Positions 46,008 through 57,537 of a DNA stretch of 64,000 nucleotides are shown in pieces; position 1 is the stretch's first letter, and each line of letters opens with the position of its first letter. Location of the stretch: NCBI GenBank assembly GCA_965240325.2, contig OZ251237.1, positions 1,364,001 through 1,428,000 of the forward strand. The letters run 5' to 3'. Source of the DNA: Rebecca billardiae RCC1528. Lineage: Eukaryota > Protista > Haptophyta. The translations under genes were made by a program, and so were the position numbers. The notes below the pieces were generated by a model, which was given only the letters and a program-made list of their open reading frames with translations, searched no databases and had not been told where the DNA came from.

Positions 46008-47582
46008 ATGGCGGCCATCGGCCGCCGGCATCTGCGCAGCCAGGGCGCGCTCGTCACCGGGCTGCTGTTGGTTTGCGTGCTCGCCGGCGTTGAGATTGAC
46101 TGGCTGCCCTCGTGGGCCCCTGCCCCGCATCGTCCGCACGGCGAGTCGAGGACGTCGCCGGGCGCCGGCGCGGATGCAGCCTCGTGCGCGCAGTATGGCT
46201 GGCTCTCGGTGATCGGCACCGATCTGCGCTTCGCCGAGGCGCAGCTGCGCCCGACGACGGTGTCGAGCATCTCGGCGTACGTGCGCGCCCAGCGCCTCAC
46301 GACGGACGCCCCGCCGCTCTTCCACATCGCCGTCCGCGCGGGGCGTGCGTTCCTCGGATCGCCCGCGCCGCGCAACACCGGTGAGTACTGGTGGCGCGTC
46401 GGCCCGCTGCTCGGCACGCTGCTCGACCTCGAGCGCGATTGGCTGCTGACGCACGACGTGGACCTGCTCCTCTGCCCGAAGGACGACTGCCTGCCCTCCG
46501 CCGCGGGCGCGCCCGTCCCTGTCCTCGCCTTTGCCAAGCCAATGGCGCTGGCCCGCGCCGGCGAGCACCCGGCAGCCGCGGCCAGGGTGGCTGCGGAGGG
46601 TGACGCCTCGCTCGCCGACGCTCGCGGCGCGGCGCTGCTCGTGCGCGTGCCGTACACGTACTCGACACTTGCCCCGGCCTCTCGCTGCACGCGCGGCCGG
46701 CTGGACGCGCACACGCCGCTCGCGGCGGCCTGCGCGGCGCCGGCCGCGCCGCGCCGCGCCCCGGTGGCCGTGTGGCGTGGCACGTGGGCCAACGCACAGC
46801 GAGAGGCGCTCTGCGCCGTGGCGGCGGCCGAGCCCGCGCATCTGGACGTGGGCGTGAGCGTGCAGCGCACCAACGCCTCCAGCTGCCGCCTCACGCCGCA
46901 CGAGGCGCTCGAGGCGCAGGGCGCGCGGGCGGCCATGCTGATTGACGTCGGCGGTGGCTCGTGGGCGGACAGGCTGCCGCGCGGGCTGGCGACCGGGTCT
47001 GCGTGCGTGCGCGTTCAGCGGCCGCTGGGCTGGGAGGACTACCTCGAGCACTACCTCGTGCCGGGCGTGCACTACGTGCCCGTGGACGCGGGCCTGCGCA
47101 ACCTGAGCGCCGCCGTGCGCTCGTGCGTCGCCGACGAGCACGCGTGCGCACGCATCGGCGCGGCCGGCGCCGCCGAGGTTGCGAGCCGAGTGCGCGGCCA
47201 CGCGGACGCGTGTTTCTTCGTGGGCCTTCTCTCCGCGTACTCGGAGCGCGTGCAGCGTGCGTTCGTGGCGGACGACTGCGAGGCGCGGGCGGCGGATGGG
47301 GCGTCCCGCGCGCGCGCGTGCTCCAAGCTCGTGCCGCTCGCGCCCGGCGCGCGCCTCCGCGGGCGCAGCTGCACGGTGCTGGCCAGCACAGTCGTTGCTC
47401 TGCCCCGGCTGCTGCCGGTCCGGCGACTGGTGGTGTGGCTGTGCGTGCCCAGCGCGGCTCGCGCGGTGTGCGCGGTATGCGCCCTGTGCGTGCTCGTCCT
47501 GGCGTGCACCGGGTTCGCGAGACCGCATTGGTGGGCGCCCGGGCTTCGCGCGGCCGCGCCCTCCCGCCGTTTTGCCGTGTGA
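46008..47582 (+). CDS. Glycosyltransferase family 90 (CAP10/POGLUT-like) membrane protein
   Basis: N-terminal TM anchor; AVWRGT..RE.LC, IDVGGGSWADRL, YLVPGVHYVPVD..L.NL, ARIGAAG; hydrophobic C-terminus. Confidence 0.7.
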   Translation: MAAIGRRHLRSQGALVTGLLLVCVLAGVEIDWLPSWAPAPHRPHGESRTSPGAGADAASCAQYGWLSVIGTDLRFAEAQLRPTTVSSISAYVRAQRLTTDAPPLFHIAVRAGRAFLGSPAPRNTGEYWWRVGPLLGTLLDLERDWLLTHDVDLLLCPKDDCLPSAAGAPVPVLAFAKPMALARAGEHPAAAARVAAEGDASLADARGAALLVRVPYTYSTLAPASRCTRGRLDAHTPLAAACAAPAAPRRAPVAVWRGTWANAQREALCAVAAAEPAHLDVGVSVQRTNASSCRLTPHEALEAQGARAAMLIDVGGGSWADRLPRGLATGSACVRVQRPLGWEDYLEHYLVPGVHYVPVDAGLRNLSAAVRSCVADEHACARIGAAGAAEVASRVRGHADACFFVGLLSAYSERVQRAFVADDCEARAADGASRARACSKLVPLAPGARLRGRSCTVLASTVVALPRLLPVRRLVVWLCVPSAARAVCAVCALCVLVLACTGFARPHWWAPGLRAAAPSRRFAV

Positions 47583-47976
47583 CTCGGTCGTAGTGTCTGA
47601 AGGCAGACCGGACCACCGGACGGACGCAAGTATGCGCGACATTGACACGATCGCAGCCGCCGGGGACCGGGCTCTACGGGCTCGGGCGGCGGCTGACTTT
47701 GTTGGCCGCTGACGAACTTGCCGTAGCGTTGAGCTCGTTAAGAGCCAGTGCTCAGTCGGCGGACTCAGCTCCCCGAGTCGCTCCGCAGTGCAGTGCGAGG
47801 CGGCTGGGCGGGCGCGCGTTCGTGCATGCCAGTATGAAGGACCTGTTGGTGTGTGTAGCACATCATCATCAGTCCGGCTGGTCAGGACTGGGCACTAGAC
47901 ACATCATCACTTGTTCAGACGCCCTTTTTCCGGCGCGCGGGCGCGAGGACGTGAATTCGCAACAGCTGCTGGCCGC

Positions 47977-49014
47977 ATGGGGTCGCTCGGCGCCGCGCTG
48001 CCGCTGCCCGACAGCCGGAGGCACCGTATTGTCGGGGCCCCGGTGGCCGAGTCGGTGTCCGCGTGCTCGCGGGCGCCGTCGGAGATGGACGTGCGCGCGG
48101 GATCGAGCGTGGAAGCACAGCGGTCAACGCGGGCGCCAGCCACGCCACGGCCTTGCACACCGAACGGTGCTTCCGCCACTGCATCGGACAAAGCTGCACC
48201 CGCCACCGCCGCCGATGGCGCACCAGACGCCGCCGAAGAGGTGGCTCGGCTGCGAAGAGAGCTTGAGACGACGCGTGCCAAGCTCGCACGCAGCGAGGAG
48301 CGCCTCTCGCACTACCGGCAGCTCGTGCAGGACGCGGTGCAATCGGCAGTCTTCTCAGCTGACGCAAACGAGCGCTATCGCGCGTGGGCGTCCAGCGCGT
48401 GCACGAGCGGCCTTCTCGAGCTGCCGCAGGTGACCAAGGTCAAATACGTGCGCTGCTCCTTCCCCTCGCTCCCGCGGGAAGCGCCCGCGATCAGGCTGCA
48501 CGCGTACCGCAGCCTGTCGCACTCCGAGTGGAACTGCCGCTGGGCGCCCTCGTGGTCGCTGGACGTGTGCGTCGAGGGCTACCACTACCTCTACTTTGAG
48601 CTGAGCGTGCGCGTGACGAAGCTGAAGCTGGCGGGCCGGCTGATGGTCGACTTCGTGCAGCCGCTCGGCGTGGGCGGCGTGCGCATCGGCTTCGCCGACT
48701 TCCCATCGGTCTCGATGGACCTCGAATCTGAGGTCAACCTCGGCTTTGTCCCGGTGCCGATCCAGGACCAGATCGCCGACATTGTGCGCGTGCAGATCGA
48801 CAACTGGCTCACGGAGAATGTGGTCGCGCCGAGGGTGATGCACTTCTCGCCGTTCGGCGGCACCCAGACTGAGTCGGTGAACACCGCGGGCGACTGCGAA
48901 TCCGTCGCTCCGTCGACGCCGATGTCGAGGGCGGGCGGCGACGGTGCCGAGGACGTGGACGAGGATGTGCAAAAAGCCATTGTCGCCGCGATGACGCACC
49001 GCATGACCATCTGA
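47977..49014 (+). CDS. Coiled-coil plus probable SMP/TULIP-like lipid-binding domain protein
   Basis: EEVARLRRELE coil, then LSVRVTKLKLAGRLMVDF...VRIGFADFPSVSMDLESEV...IADIVR..I..WL.ENVVAP pattern. Confidence 0.55.
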   Translation: MGSLGAALPLPDSRRHRIVGAPVAESVSACSRAPSEMDVRAGSSVEAQRSTRAPATPRPCTPNGASATASDKAAPATAADGAPDAAEEVARLRRELETTRAKLARSEERLSHYRQLVQDAVQSAVFSADANERYRAWASSACTSGLLELPQVTKVKYVRCSFPSLPREAPAIRLHAYRSLSHSEWNCRWAPSWSLDVCVEGYHYLYFELSVRVTKLKLAGRLMVDFVQPLGVGGVRIGFADFPSVSMDLESEVNLGFVPVPIQDQIADIVRVQIDNWLTENVVAPRVMHFSPFGGTQTESVNTAGDCESVAPSTPMSRAGGDGAEDVDEDVQKAIVAAMTHRMTI

Positions 49015-49274
49015 GCGATGCGTCGCCCGGCAGTGCTCAGACTGACCACGGTGACGAACTCGGTCGTAATCTCAACTGAGCTCGTCTTCTGCTGCTGCTG
49101 TCATAAGTAAGCATCATTATAAGTACTATACGACATACGACTGCTAAAATTATTATATAAAAATAAAATTCAATTGATTCGATCACTACTTACGCGCCGC
49201 CGTTGATGAATATTTAAGCATCAGCCTGCTATTCTTTCTGAGCAGCATGATGGTTCTCAGAGCTCCAGAAAGAC

Positions 49275-51134
49275 TCAGAGCTCCTTGCCGTGCGCCTGTA
49301 CGCACGCCGTCGTGCAGTAGTCGAAGAAGTGCTTCTGGAATGGCGTGGCGGGGAGGGGCTTGCCGCACCAGTGGCACCGCGTGGCGCGCGCCGCAGCGTC
49401 AGCCCCGCCACCGCCGCCGAGCCTGCGCTCCATCGCCAGCGCGCGCGCCTCGGCCTCGCGCCGGCGGCGCGCCTCGGGGGCGGCCCACGCGGCCTGCTCG
49501 CGCCGCAGTGCCTCCACTCGGCCTCGCGCCGCCGACACGTCAACCGACAGCTCCTCGGCGCGCTTGGCGAGCCTCTCGATCTCGTCGGCGTCGAGGCCGG
49601 CGGCGGCGCGCTCGAGCTCGAGCTGCAGCTGGCTCGACTCCGCGGCGGCCTGCGCCTTGCGCTCCTTGCGCTCCTTCTCGCGCCGCTTGCGCCGCTCGCG
49701 CTCGCGCGCCTTGTCGCGCTCCGCGGCCGCCGCCTCCTGCTCGTCCGTGAGCGGCGATGGCACGTTGGCGGCCTTCCAATCCCACGCGTCGGGCGCGGCG
49801 CCCATGTGCCGGCGGAATGCGTTGCGCACCTCCTTGCCCACCGCCACGTCGTACGCGACGCGGTGCCGGAAGTCCGGGTGCCGGATCGTCGGGTCCGCGC
49901 CGCCGGCAAGGAGCTCGGCCACGCGCGCCGCGTCGTCAGCCGCCGCGGCCGCGTGAAGGTCGGCCGGCGGCGGGGGCTCCTCCTCGGCTGCCGCCGCCGC
50001 GCGCGCTTCCGCCTCCGCCGCGCGCGCGAGCGCGCGCTGCGAGGGCTGCGCGGCGGCGGGCGCGGCGCTCTCCGCGCCACGCCCATCGTCCTGCGGCGCT
50101 GGCTCCGCCGGCGCCTCCGGCGGTGGCAGCAGCTGCGCAAGCCGCGCCGCGCACCGCGTGACCTCGCCGAGCGTCGGTCGGTTGGTGGGGAAAGGGATGG
50201 AGCGCACGCGGCCGTCGGCGCGCGAGAGCGGCGCGTCGGCCCCGCCGAAGATGGCCGAGGCGTTGGCCGGCCCGGGCGCGGCGACGAGGATCAGCGCCGC
50301 GCTCTCCACCCACTCGGTGCGCCACGCCGCGAGGCACTCCCGGATCTCTCGCACGAGCATGGCCTCGTTGTGCCGTCGGATGGAGGAGCCCGCCGATTTG
50401 ATGTTCTTCACGCCGTCCGCGACCGACTGGCGGCCGCCCGCCTTGCGCCGCGTGACGTAGCGGTGGATCGTCTTGTGCGCGAGGATGCTCACGGGGGCTG
50501 CGGCGTGCGCCCCCTTGCGCGGCCGCGCGCCCGCGATCCGCGCGACGGCCGCGGCAAAATGGCCGCCGCGGCAGAGCAGCACTACCCAGTGGCCGTGCCG
50601 TGCGCGCTCGGCCGTGGCGCGGAGGGCGAGCGCGTAGTCCGCGGGCGTGGGCTCCTCGCCGACGGTGAGCGTGCATCGAAACACGCCGAAGCGCTCGTGC
50701 GCGCTGCGGAAGAAGACGACCGGCCCCGCGGCGCTCGCCGCGCCCGTCGCGCCCTCGTCCTCCTCGTCGCTCGAGTCGCTGCCAGAGATCTCGTCGAGCT
50801 CGACGCCGCTCTCGACGAGCGCTTCAAACTCGTCCTCGCTCACTGGAGGTTGCGACCGAGCGCGCTGCTTCAGGTTGTAGCGGTACCAGTCGCTGCGGCA
50901 GTGCGCCTTGAACGCCTCGAGCGTCTCGAAGCGTATACCACCGCTCACGGCGCACACAAACCCGCCGCGCGCGTCCGCGCTGCGCGACGGCTCCTCCGCC
51001 TCAGGCTCGACCGCTCGTGAGCGCTTGGCGTAGGTGGCTGCCGAGCTCTGCGCCGCCGAGGCGCTCGCGCCGTCCAGCTCGACGCCGACGTACGCATGTT
51101 CCTCCAGCAGCGCCGGGAGGAAGACGGGCGGCAT
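49275..51134 (-). CDS. ANKZF1: Ankyrin and zinc-finger peptidyl-tRNA hydrolase / tRNA endonuclease of ribosome quality control
   Basis: HCRSDWYRYNLK zinc finger, EISGSDS, VLRF1 GGHFAAAV..HKTIHRYVTRRKAGGRQS..SAGSSIRRHNE, ankyrin LLAGGADP, WDWKAANVPSPLT, C-terminal CHWCG..FDYCTTACV..H. Confidence 0.93.
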   Translation of the reverse strand: MPPVFLPALLEEHAYVGVELDGASASAAQSSAATYAKRSRAVEPEAEEPSRSADARGGFVCAVSGGIRFETLEAFKAHCRSDWYRYNLKQRARSQPPVSEDEFEALVESGVELDEISGSDSSDEEDEGATGAASAAGPVVFFRSAHERFGVFRCTLTVGEEPTPADYALALRATAERARHGHWVVLLCRGGHFAAAVARIAGARPRKGAHAAAPVSILAHKTIHRYVTRRKAGGRQSVADGVKNIKSAGSSIRRHNEAMLVREIRECLAAWRTEWVESAALILVAAPGPANASAIFGGADAPLSRADGRVRSIPFPTNRPTLGEVTRCAARLAQLLPPPEAPAEPAPQDDGRGAESAAPAAAQPSQRALARAAEAEARAAAAAEEEPPPPADLHAAAAADDAARVAELLAGGADPTIRHPDFRHRVAYDVAVGKEVRNAFRRHMGAAPDAWDWKAANVPSPLTDEQEAAAAERDKARERERRKRREKERKERKAQAAAESSQLQLELERAAAGLDADEIERLAKRAEELSVDVSAARGRVEALRREQAAWAAPEARRRREAEARALAMERRLGGGGGADAAARATRCHWCGKPLPATPFQKHFFDYCTTACVQAHGKEL

Positions 51135-51263
51135 CGAGAGGCAAGCACTGCGGATGCGGCCTTGTCCGTGGGCTGTGGGCGTGGTGTAGTGCACCGGACT
51201 CCAAAGCTTGCACGTGGCCACGCTCGATAACGAAGCACGGCCGGTTCGAAGACGCACGGGAGC

Positions 51264-52202
51264 ATGTCGTCGCGGCTCGTCGCGCTGTGCGCGCTCGTCG
51301 CGTGCCTCGCCGCGGGTGTCGATGCCTCGGCGGCGACGAAGGCGAAGGCGCACCGCCCGCCTCTTGACGAGCTGCGCAGCTCGACGACGGCCTTGTGGAC
51401 CAACTACAAGCAGTGCCAGTCCATCCGCAAGATGCGCAAGGAGGGCGCGCAGCTCGACTTCTCGGCACACTGGATGCTGCGCCGCGGCGCGGCCGACCGG
51501 AACAAGCTGTTCCAGCTGGTGTGGCTGGCGACCGTGGCGAAGTGGTCCACGCCGCTCATCGCATACTTCTTCCCCAGCGTCCTCCCCTCGACCTTCGAGA
51601 CCGTGCCGGCGTTTGTGAGCCGGCTGGAGGCCGCTCAGCAGGCGCAGCAGGCCGCCCTGCTGAGCGTGCTGCAGGCGGTGGACGCGGGCAAGCTGCGTGC
51701 CGGCGACGCGCTCGACGCGCTCTCGGCGGGCTCGAAGAGCAAAGCGCTCTCCCACCTCACGCACGACGGAGTGGGCCTCGAGAAGGTGCCGACCCCGGTG
51801 ATCCACGCCGCGAGCCGAGCGCTCTCCGGCCCGCCGAAAATCCTGCCGCGCGCCCTGCACATGCAGGCCGTGCGCGCGGGCATGCGCGCGATCGCCGAAG
51901 GCGACGAGGCGCTGCGGCGCACGAAAATGAACGAGCTCCCGCGGCACCTGCTACTCGAGGCGTGCGGCGAGCGCGCCATCCGCGTGCGCGAGCAGACGCC
52001 ACAGGCGCTCACCAAGGGCCTCGAAGAGTGGCTGGCTCTGACCGCGTCGCTCAGACCCGACGCTGAGAACCAGCCGCCGCGCTCGATCTGCGACGCGACG
52101 CGGCTGGCGCTGCTGGCAGTGAACACGGCGAGCATGACGCGCCGCGCATCGCCCGAAGAGACCCCGGCGCGCCACCTGCTCTACACCAACAGTGGCTTCT
52201 GA
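51264..52202 (+). CDS. LETM1-like domain protein with signal peptide
   Basis: FFPSVLPSTF and IAEGDEALRR...LLLEACGERAI...LEEWL resemble LETM1 ribosome-binding-domain motifs. Confidence 0.7.
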   Translation: MSSRLVALCALVACLAAGVDASAATKAKAHRPPLDELRSSTTALWTNYKQCQSIRKMRKEGAQLDFSAHWMLRRGAADRNKLFQLVWLATVAKWSTPLIAYFFPSVLPSTFETVPAFVSRLEAAQQAQQAALLSVLQAVDAGKLRAGDALDALSAGSKSKALSHLTHDGVGLEKVPTPVIHAASRALSGPPKILPRALHMQAVRAGMRAIAEGDEALRRTKMNELPRHLLLEACGERAIRVREQTPQALTKGLEEWLALTASLRPDAENQPPRSICDATRLALLAVNTASMTRRASPEETPARHLLYTNSGF

Positions 52203-53896
52203 GTGGCGCCAGGCTCGCGCGAGCTCCCCAAATCTCCTTGAGCGTCTGGCAGCTCTCGGCACTGGTGCCCGCGCGGCGAACCCCGCGGGGCAGGAGAAGC
52301 CGTGGCGGCAGCCAACGAACGTGCATCATCGGACTCATCCGCCCCCACCACGCATCATTCATCAGACGTCGGCAGCTGGGCCACAGCGCTTGCTGGCGCG
52401 CAGAGCGGCTCGCCGGTCGCTGCCCGAGACGCCTGCTGCCACCGGGCACGGACAGTCGGTGATGACACAGGCGGCGACTGCTCGTCGCTCGAGTGCTTCG
52501 GTCGTCGGTGCCCACCGGCGCCTGTCGGCGTCGCCAACGCATGGGCAGGGGCCGCGGGCACGGTCATCGGTGCAGGGGACGCGCGTCGCGTTGGCCAAGC
52601 TCCCCGAGGCCGTTGAAGAGCACACGCCCATCATGCACGTTGGGCCACTCTCCCGCGAATCGGGGCGCGGCAACTCACGCTCACCCCGATTCACGCATGC
52701 ACCTGCATGCGCTGCCGTCGCAATGTCATCGACTGCGTGCTTGACTTTCCCGGAGTCGAAGTGAGCACATGCAGAGCCATCACGCTGATTCGGATTTCGG
52801 TGCCGACTCTGAGTCTGAGACTACTGTACTCTGTAGAAGTTGAAACGGTCATTACGAATTACGAATACGATGACGGCCTGCTTAGCATTATATTGGCCGG
52901 ACGATTCACAATGATGTGTCGTGCGTGGCTGCATGATGCGAAGATGATGATTATTACTGTATACAGTTTTTACGACTAAGAATAAGTGCCAGACGCACAC
53001 AGCTCACTGCTCAGGCAGGCGGCGAGATCGACGCCCGCCAACTGCCACTGGCAACTGTCACCGCCCATGAACTTGACTAGCCGTCGCCGATGGCTGCGCC
53101 GCCGGACGAAAATTCAGCGTATTCTTAACTGCTACGCTACGCGTACCCCCATACTACACTTTACTGAGACTACTCATGTTTTTTACCATACCCGGTTAAC
53201 CCCCATACTCCGTACTCGGATACTGCTCGGATGACGGATTACGTCAACGGGGCTTGGTCCGGTGCCCGGTGGTCCGGACTCCGGACCACTCAGGGGGGGC
53301 TCCGGGTGATCACAGATCCTAAGTGACTACTGGTGGCTAAAGCCTCCTAAGCCCTACCCTGGCCAGCCCCCAACCAACTTCCACCAACCCCACCCAACCT
53401 CAAGGCCACTGACCGAGACCGGCCTAGTGGTCCTAGTGCCCTCTGCCCTGACACCACTCCGCCCCGTGTGCCTGTGGACAGACAGCCCGCCTCCTAAGAG
53501 GCGGGGCGGGGTGAGTATGCCAATGTTGCCAACTAGCCGACACCGACTCGCCCATTCTTAATTCTATGATTTCACGACATAGGTAATCTCGCCTGCCTGA
53601 GCTCACAGACACACTGGCGGAGCTGTGTGCCGCCCGAGTGCGGAGTGTGCGTCATCACTCATCTCTTATTCGTACTGCTTAGTAAACTGCATAGGTAGGA
53701 CGGCGCAGGTCTCCAGGTGATTCCGATTCCGATTCGTCACGAAGACAATCAATCATCGGCGCATCCGATCGAATTCTCAAGTCGGCGCTGATCTACAGGT
53801 CACAGATCTGAAATTCCTGATGAGTGATGACGGCCGCCCCCCGCCGGTGCGGCCACTGGCCGACTTGGAGAGTGATACTATTCAGTGATAGTGCGC

Positions 53897-54168
53897 CATG
53901 GGCGACTACGAGGCCGATGGGCCAGGGGGGGGGGGGGGGGGTCTGACTAGTGAGTCTAGTGACTCGGACGGCGAGGAGCTCACGCTGCGTCGCCTCACGC
54001 TGCCATCCTGGTCCCGTGGACCTGGAGTGGCAGCCTGGACCGCTGGTCGCTCACGCTCGGGTGTCAAGTTAGGTGTTTGACAGTTTGTCTCTGCTGCTCG
54101 ATCTGCTGCTACAGCTTGCTGACTCTGACGCCTGCCCGTTGCATACCACGCCGTTAATATATATAATA
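53897..54168 (-). repeat. Family A copy, expanded by micro-insertions
   Basis: Reverse complement of 62540-62672 with short inserted pieces. Confidence 0.75.
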
Positions 54169-54874
54169 AGATATGTTGACCGCGCAGCCATTAATCAACA
54201 CAGTGTCTGAATCTACTGACAGACGGGTAACGCGGAGCGGGCCCGCTTCTTAATTTCCCGGCCCGTGTCGCAAGACTCACCACGGCCTGGGCTTCCCAGC
54301 TCCGCGGTTCTGAACCACGGAGAGCTCAGGTCCATGGCGCAGCATGCTGACCGCAGTCCGCCGTCCACACGCACGAGGATGGCCATGCTTACTTCCCTGC
54401 GTCCCGTGCAAGTCGGATGAGGTGGAAGTTGGTCGTTGGCTTGTGCAGCCGACGATTGGCCTGCGCCTGCCGCGTGCAGCTCTGCAGCGCGAGGAGCTGT
54501 TCTCGACAGGCTGCATCTGCGTAGTCATGCGTAGCAAAGCACGTGAGGAGCGCCAGCATCTCCCCCTGGCATGGCGCCGGGACTCGCCTTCCCCGAAACG
54601 TGTTCTTAGCGTTGAACTGACTCACGCAAGCACGAGGCGCGCGGATTGGGAGGCGAGATGAGCATGGATGCACAGGGATGCCCGCCACGAGGGCTCGCCA
54701 CAAGCACACGGAGGCCGCCGCGGGAGACGCACCTTCAGGTTTAGAGCAAAGTCCTTGTGGATGCGACCCATCTCGAACGCCGAGCTGCGCCTCTCCCGCG
54801 GGCAACTGCGACCGGAACGAAGACCGTGTTCGCCGCGACTCGCGAGAGGTCGTCAACTCGCTGCATTCGTCAGC

Positions 54875-55690
54875 ATGGCTGCCTCCGCGTCGCTGGCGCG
54901 AATTGTGCGCCGTGCCTTGAGCACTGCGAAGCCGAAGCGATTCTACAAAGAGGCGAGCGTTGTCATGCACGCACCGGCCGACGGCACAGTCGCCCAGTAC
55001 GCCGTCGCTCTCGATGGACGGACCGTGAAGACGCCGGGCAAGGAATTGCTGGCTGTGCGGTCCCGTCCGCTCGCGCTCGCAATCGCAGAGGAGTGGGACG
55101 CGCAGGGCAAATACATCCGGCCCCAGATGATGCCGCTGACCACATTGGCGACAACCACCATCGATCAGATGCCAAGTATCCGAGAGCAGATCGAGGAGGG
55201 CCTCCTCAGCTACTTCAAGAGCGATACGGTCTGTTTCCGAACGCCAGGCGCAGAGCCCACGCTCGCGCAGCGCGAGCGTGAGGAGTGGGACCCGCTCATG
55301 GCCTGGTTCAACGAGCGCTTCGGCACGTCGATCGAGTCTACGACGGCACTTGCGCTCGATCACTCGGCCAAAGATGTAGACCGCATCGAGGACTTCCTTC
55401 TGGACGCCGATGACGAGGTGATCACTGCGCTGGACGCGGTCGCCGCGAGCTGCAAGTCGTTTGTCATCGCAGCGGCGGTCACGCTCGGAAGGCTGGACGC
55501 CCGTGGCGCGTGTGCAGCTGCCCGCGTTGCCGAGGATACGCAGATTGAGCAATGGGGGCTAGCGGAGGGCAGCCACGACATCGACATCGAAGATCAGCGC
55601 ATACGTGTGGGTGCTGCTGCTGTCTACTCCCACCTTTGCCGCCGTGCCGGCGCCGGAGACTCCGAGTCCAAAGATCGTCCTCAGTCTTAA
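54875..55690 (+). CDS. ATP12: F1-ATPase assembly chaperone ATP12/ATPAF2
   Basis: Mitochondrial-type presequence, KRFYK, V.LDGRTVKTP, LALAIAEEWDAQ, MPLTTLA.T.ID, SDTVCFR, QIEQWG..EGSHD. Confidence 0.93.
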   Translation: MAASASLARIVRRALSTAKPKRFYKEASVVMHAPADGTVAQYAVALDGRTVKTPGKELLAVRSRPLALAIAEEWDAQGKYIRPQMMPLTTLATTTIDQMPSIREQIEEGLLSYFKSDTVCFRTPGAEPTLAQREREEWDPLMAWFNERFGTSIESTTALALDHSAKDVDRIEDFLLDADDEVITALDAVAASCKSFVIAAAVTLGRLDARGACAAARVAEDTQIEQWGLAEGSHDIDIEDQRIRVGAAAVYSHLCRRAGAGDSESKDRPQS

Positions 55691-56312
55691 ACTGGTTTCA
55701 TTGGACTTGTGTAGCTAGTAACACGCCGGATTGTCGTCAATTCGAGCATCAAGGGCGCGGATCCATGGAGGCAACCTGGGCGGGGGCGGGGCAGATTGGC
55801 AGCCTCGCGCGGGTCGTATCCGAGTCATCAGACATCAGATATCACGGTCGCGTCATCATCTATTGATCTAAAGACTATTAATAAAGAATAAGAACTAACT
55901 CATCAAATTAAGATGATGATCATTGATGATATATATTGATCTAAACGCGTTAATAATATATTGATCTAAATTCCGGTCACTAATAATTCGGGTCAACCGC
56001 GGACGGCGGAGCCGGTCGCCGGAGGATCGGGTCCGGGAGGCCAGAGCCATGATGAACCTTCTCAGTGACTGTATTATTTTTTATGTTATAGGGAATAAGG
56101 CTAGAGCCGCGTAGGCCACTGAACGCATGCATACTGTCAATGATAGAATTGTGCCGATGCTGAGCCGTCGCGCCAAGCCGAATGGCGCGCCGCATCCACG
56201 GTGTCAGTCAGGGCCGTCAACCCGCCTGGCGGTGTGACAGCAGTGCAGCCCGCACAGACCACACGCAGGGTGAGGGGACGAGCACAGTGGCGGCAATCAT
56301 GCTTAGAGCCAC

Positions 56313-57537
56313 CTAAGGCATACCGAGCGCGTGCTTGATCTCGTCGTACAGCACGAGCACGAGCGCCGAGCCAACCGTGCGGATCGCGTTTGCGCCAGCG
56401 CCCTTGAACATGGCGCCAAGGCCCTCGTTCGCCATGATCTTTGTGAAGCAGTCGATGGTACCCTTGTACAGCCACTGGTCCTTCGGCTTCTCCGACTGCA
56501 TCTGGAGACGGCGGCGGACCGTGTCGAACGGGTAGGATGCGTAGCCCGCAGTAATGGCGACGACCTGCGCGATACCGAACTTCGAGATCACGCCCATCGG
56601 CCCGTGGTCGTTCTTGAACGGGTTCGCCTCCTTAGCCGTGTCGAACAGGCCGAAGTAGACGCCGCGGTACGGGATGATGCCTGCTCGGCGCACGGGGCGC
56701 AGGTCGGCGCGGTGAGCATGCGTCAGCACCGGCGCGCGCGAACGGAGCCAGTCTCCCCGAGCTGTGCGCGCGCGGATGAGCAAGGGGAGGCGCCGCGGGC
56801 GCGCACCAATCACGGACACGCCAAAGCCGTTGTAGAGGCCCATGAAGCCGCCCGGGCCCTTCGCCGTCTTGACGAGGCAGTCGAAGAGGCCGTTGAACTG
56901 GGCCTTGCCCGTGCCGACGTCCGACGCAAGGCGCGTACGCGCATAGTCAAGCGGGTACACCACGCACAGCGAGCCCGCACCCGCGAGGCCGCCCGAAGCC
57001 ATGTTGATGGCGAAGTAGGTCCAGAACTCCGTCTTCGGGCTCGCCTTCGGGAAGAGCTTTTTGATGGAGTCCTTGAAGGCGAAGTTGAACGCCTGCGTCG
57101 GGAAGTACCGGATCACGTTCGTCAGGTTGCCACGCCAGAACGCGCCCATGCCCTGCTCCTTGTACACGCGCACGAAGCAGTCGGTGATGCCGGAGTAGCG
57201 CTGGACCTCGCCCGAGATGATCTTCGGGTTGGCATCCTGCGTCTGGATGAGCAGCTTGACGCGCTCGATCGGGGCAGTGCACGTCTTCGCCACCGCACCA
57301 GAGACGCCGCCGACGGCGAAGTCCTGGAGGAAGCTGCGCGCGCGGAGGGATGGCGGCGAGCGCACGTGGGGAATCGTGCAATTAGCCGGTGTTACGAAGC
57401 GTGCTGTCACGCCAACCGCGCCAGAAGGGGGCGTGGCGGCCTCGGGCCATGTCACAGGCGGCCCTTCACGCGTGCCAGCGCGCCACCCTTTCCCATGCCT
57501 CCGCACGCAGGCAGGATGCGCCGTGCGCATCTGCCAT
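56313..57537 (-). CDS. AAC: Mitochondrial ADP/ATP carrier; intron 56681-56806 plus a first intron near 57324-57528
   Basis: [61 protein letters not shown]. Confidence 0.95.

Noticed and set aside
52962-53690. A 730-bp MITE bounded by two inverted family C copies
   Set aside because: The right copy sits inside a family B element with its own 8-bp duplication, so the two copies look like independent insertions.
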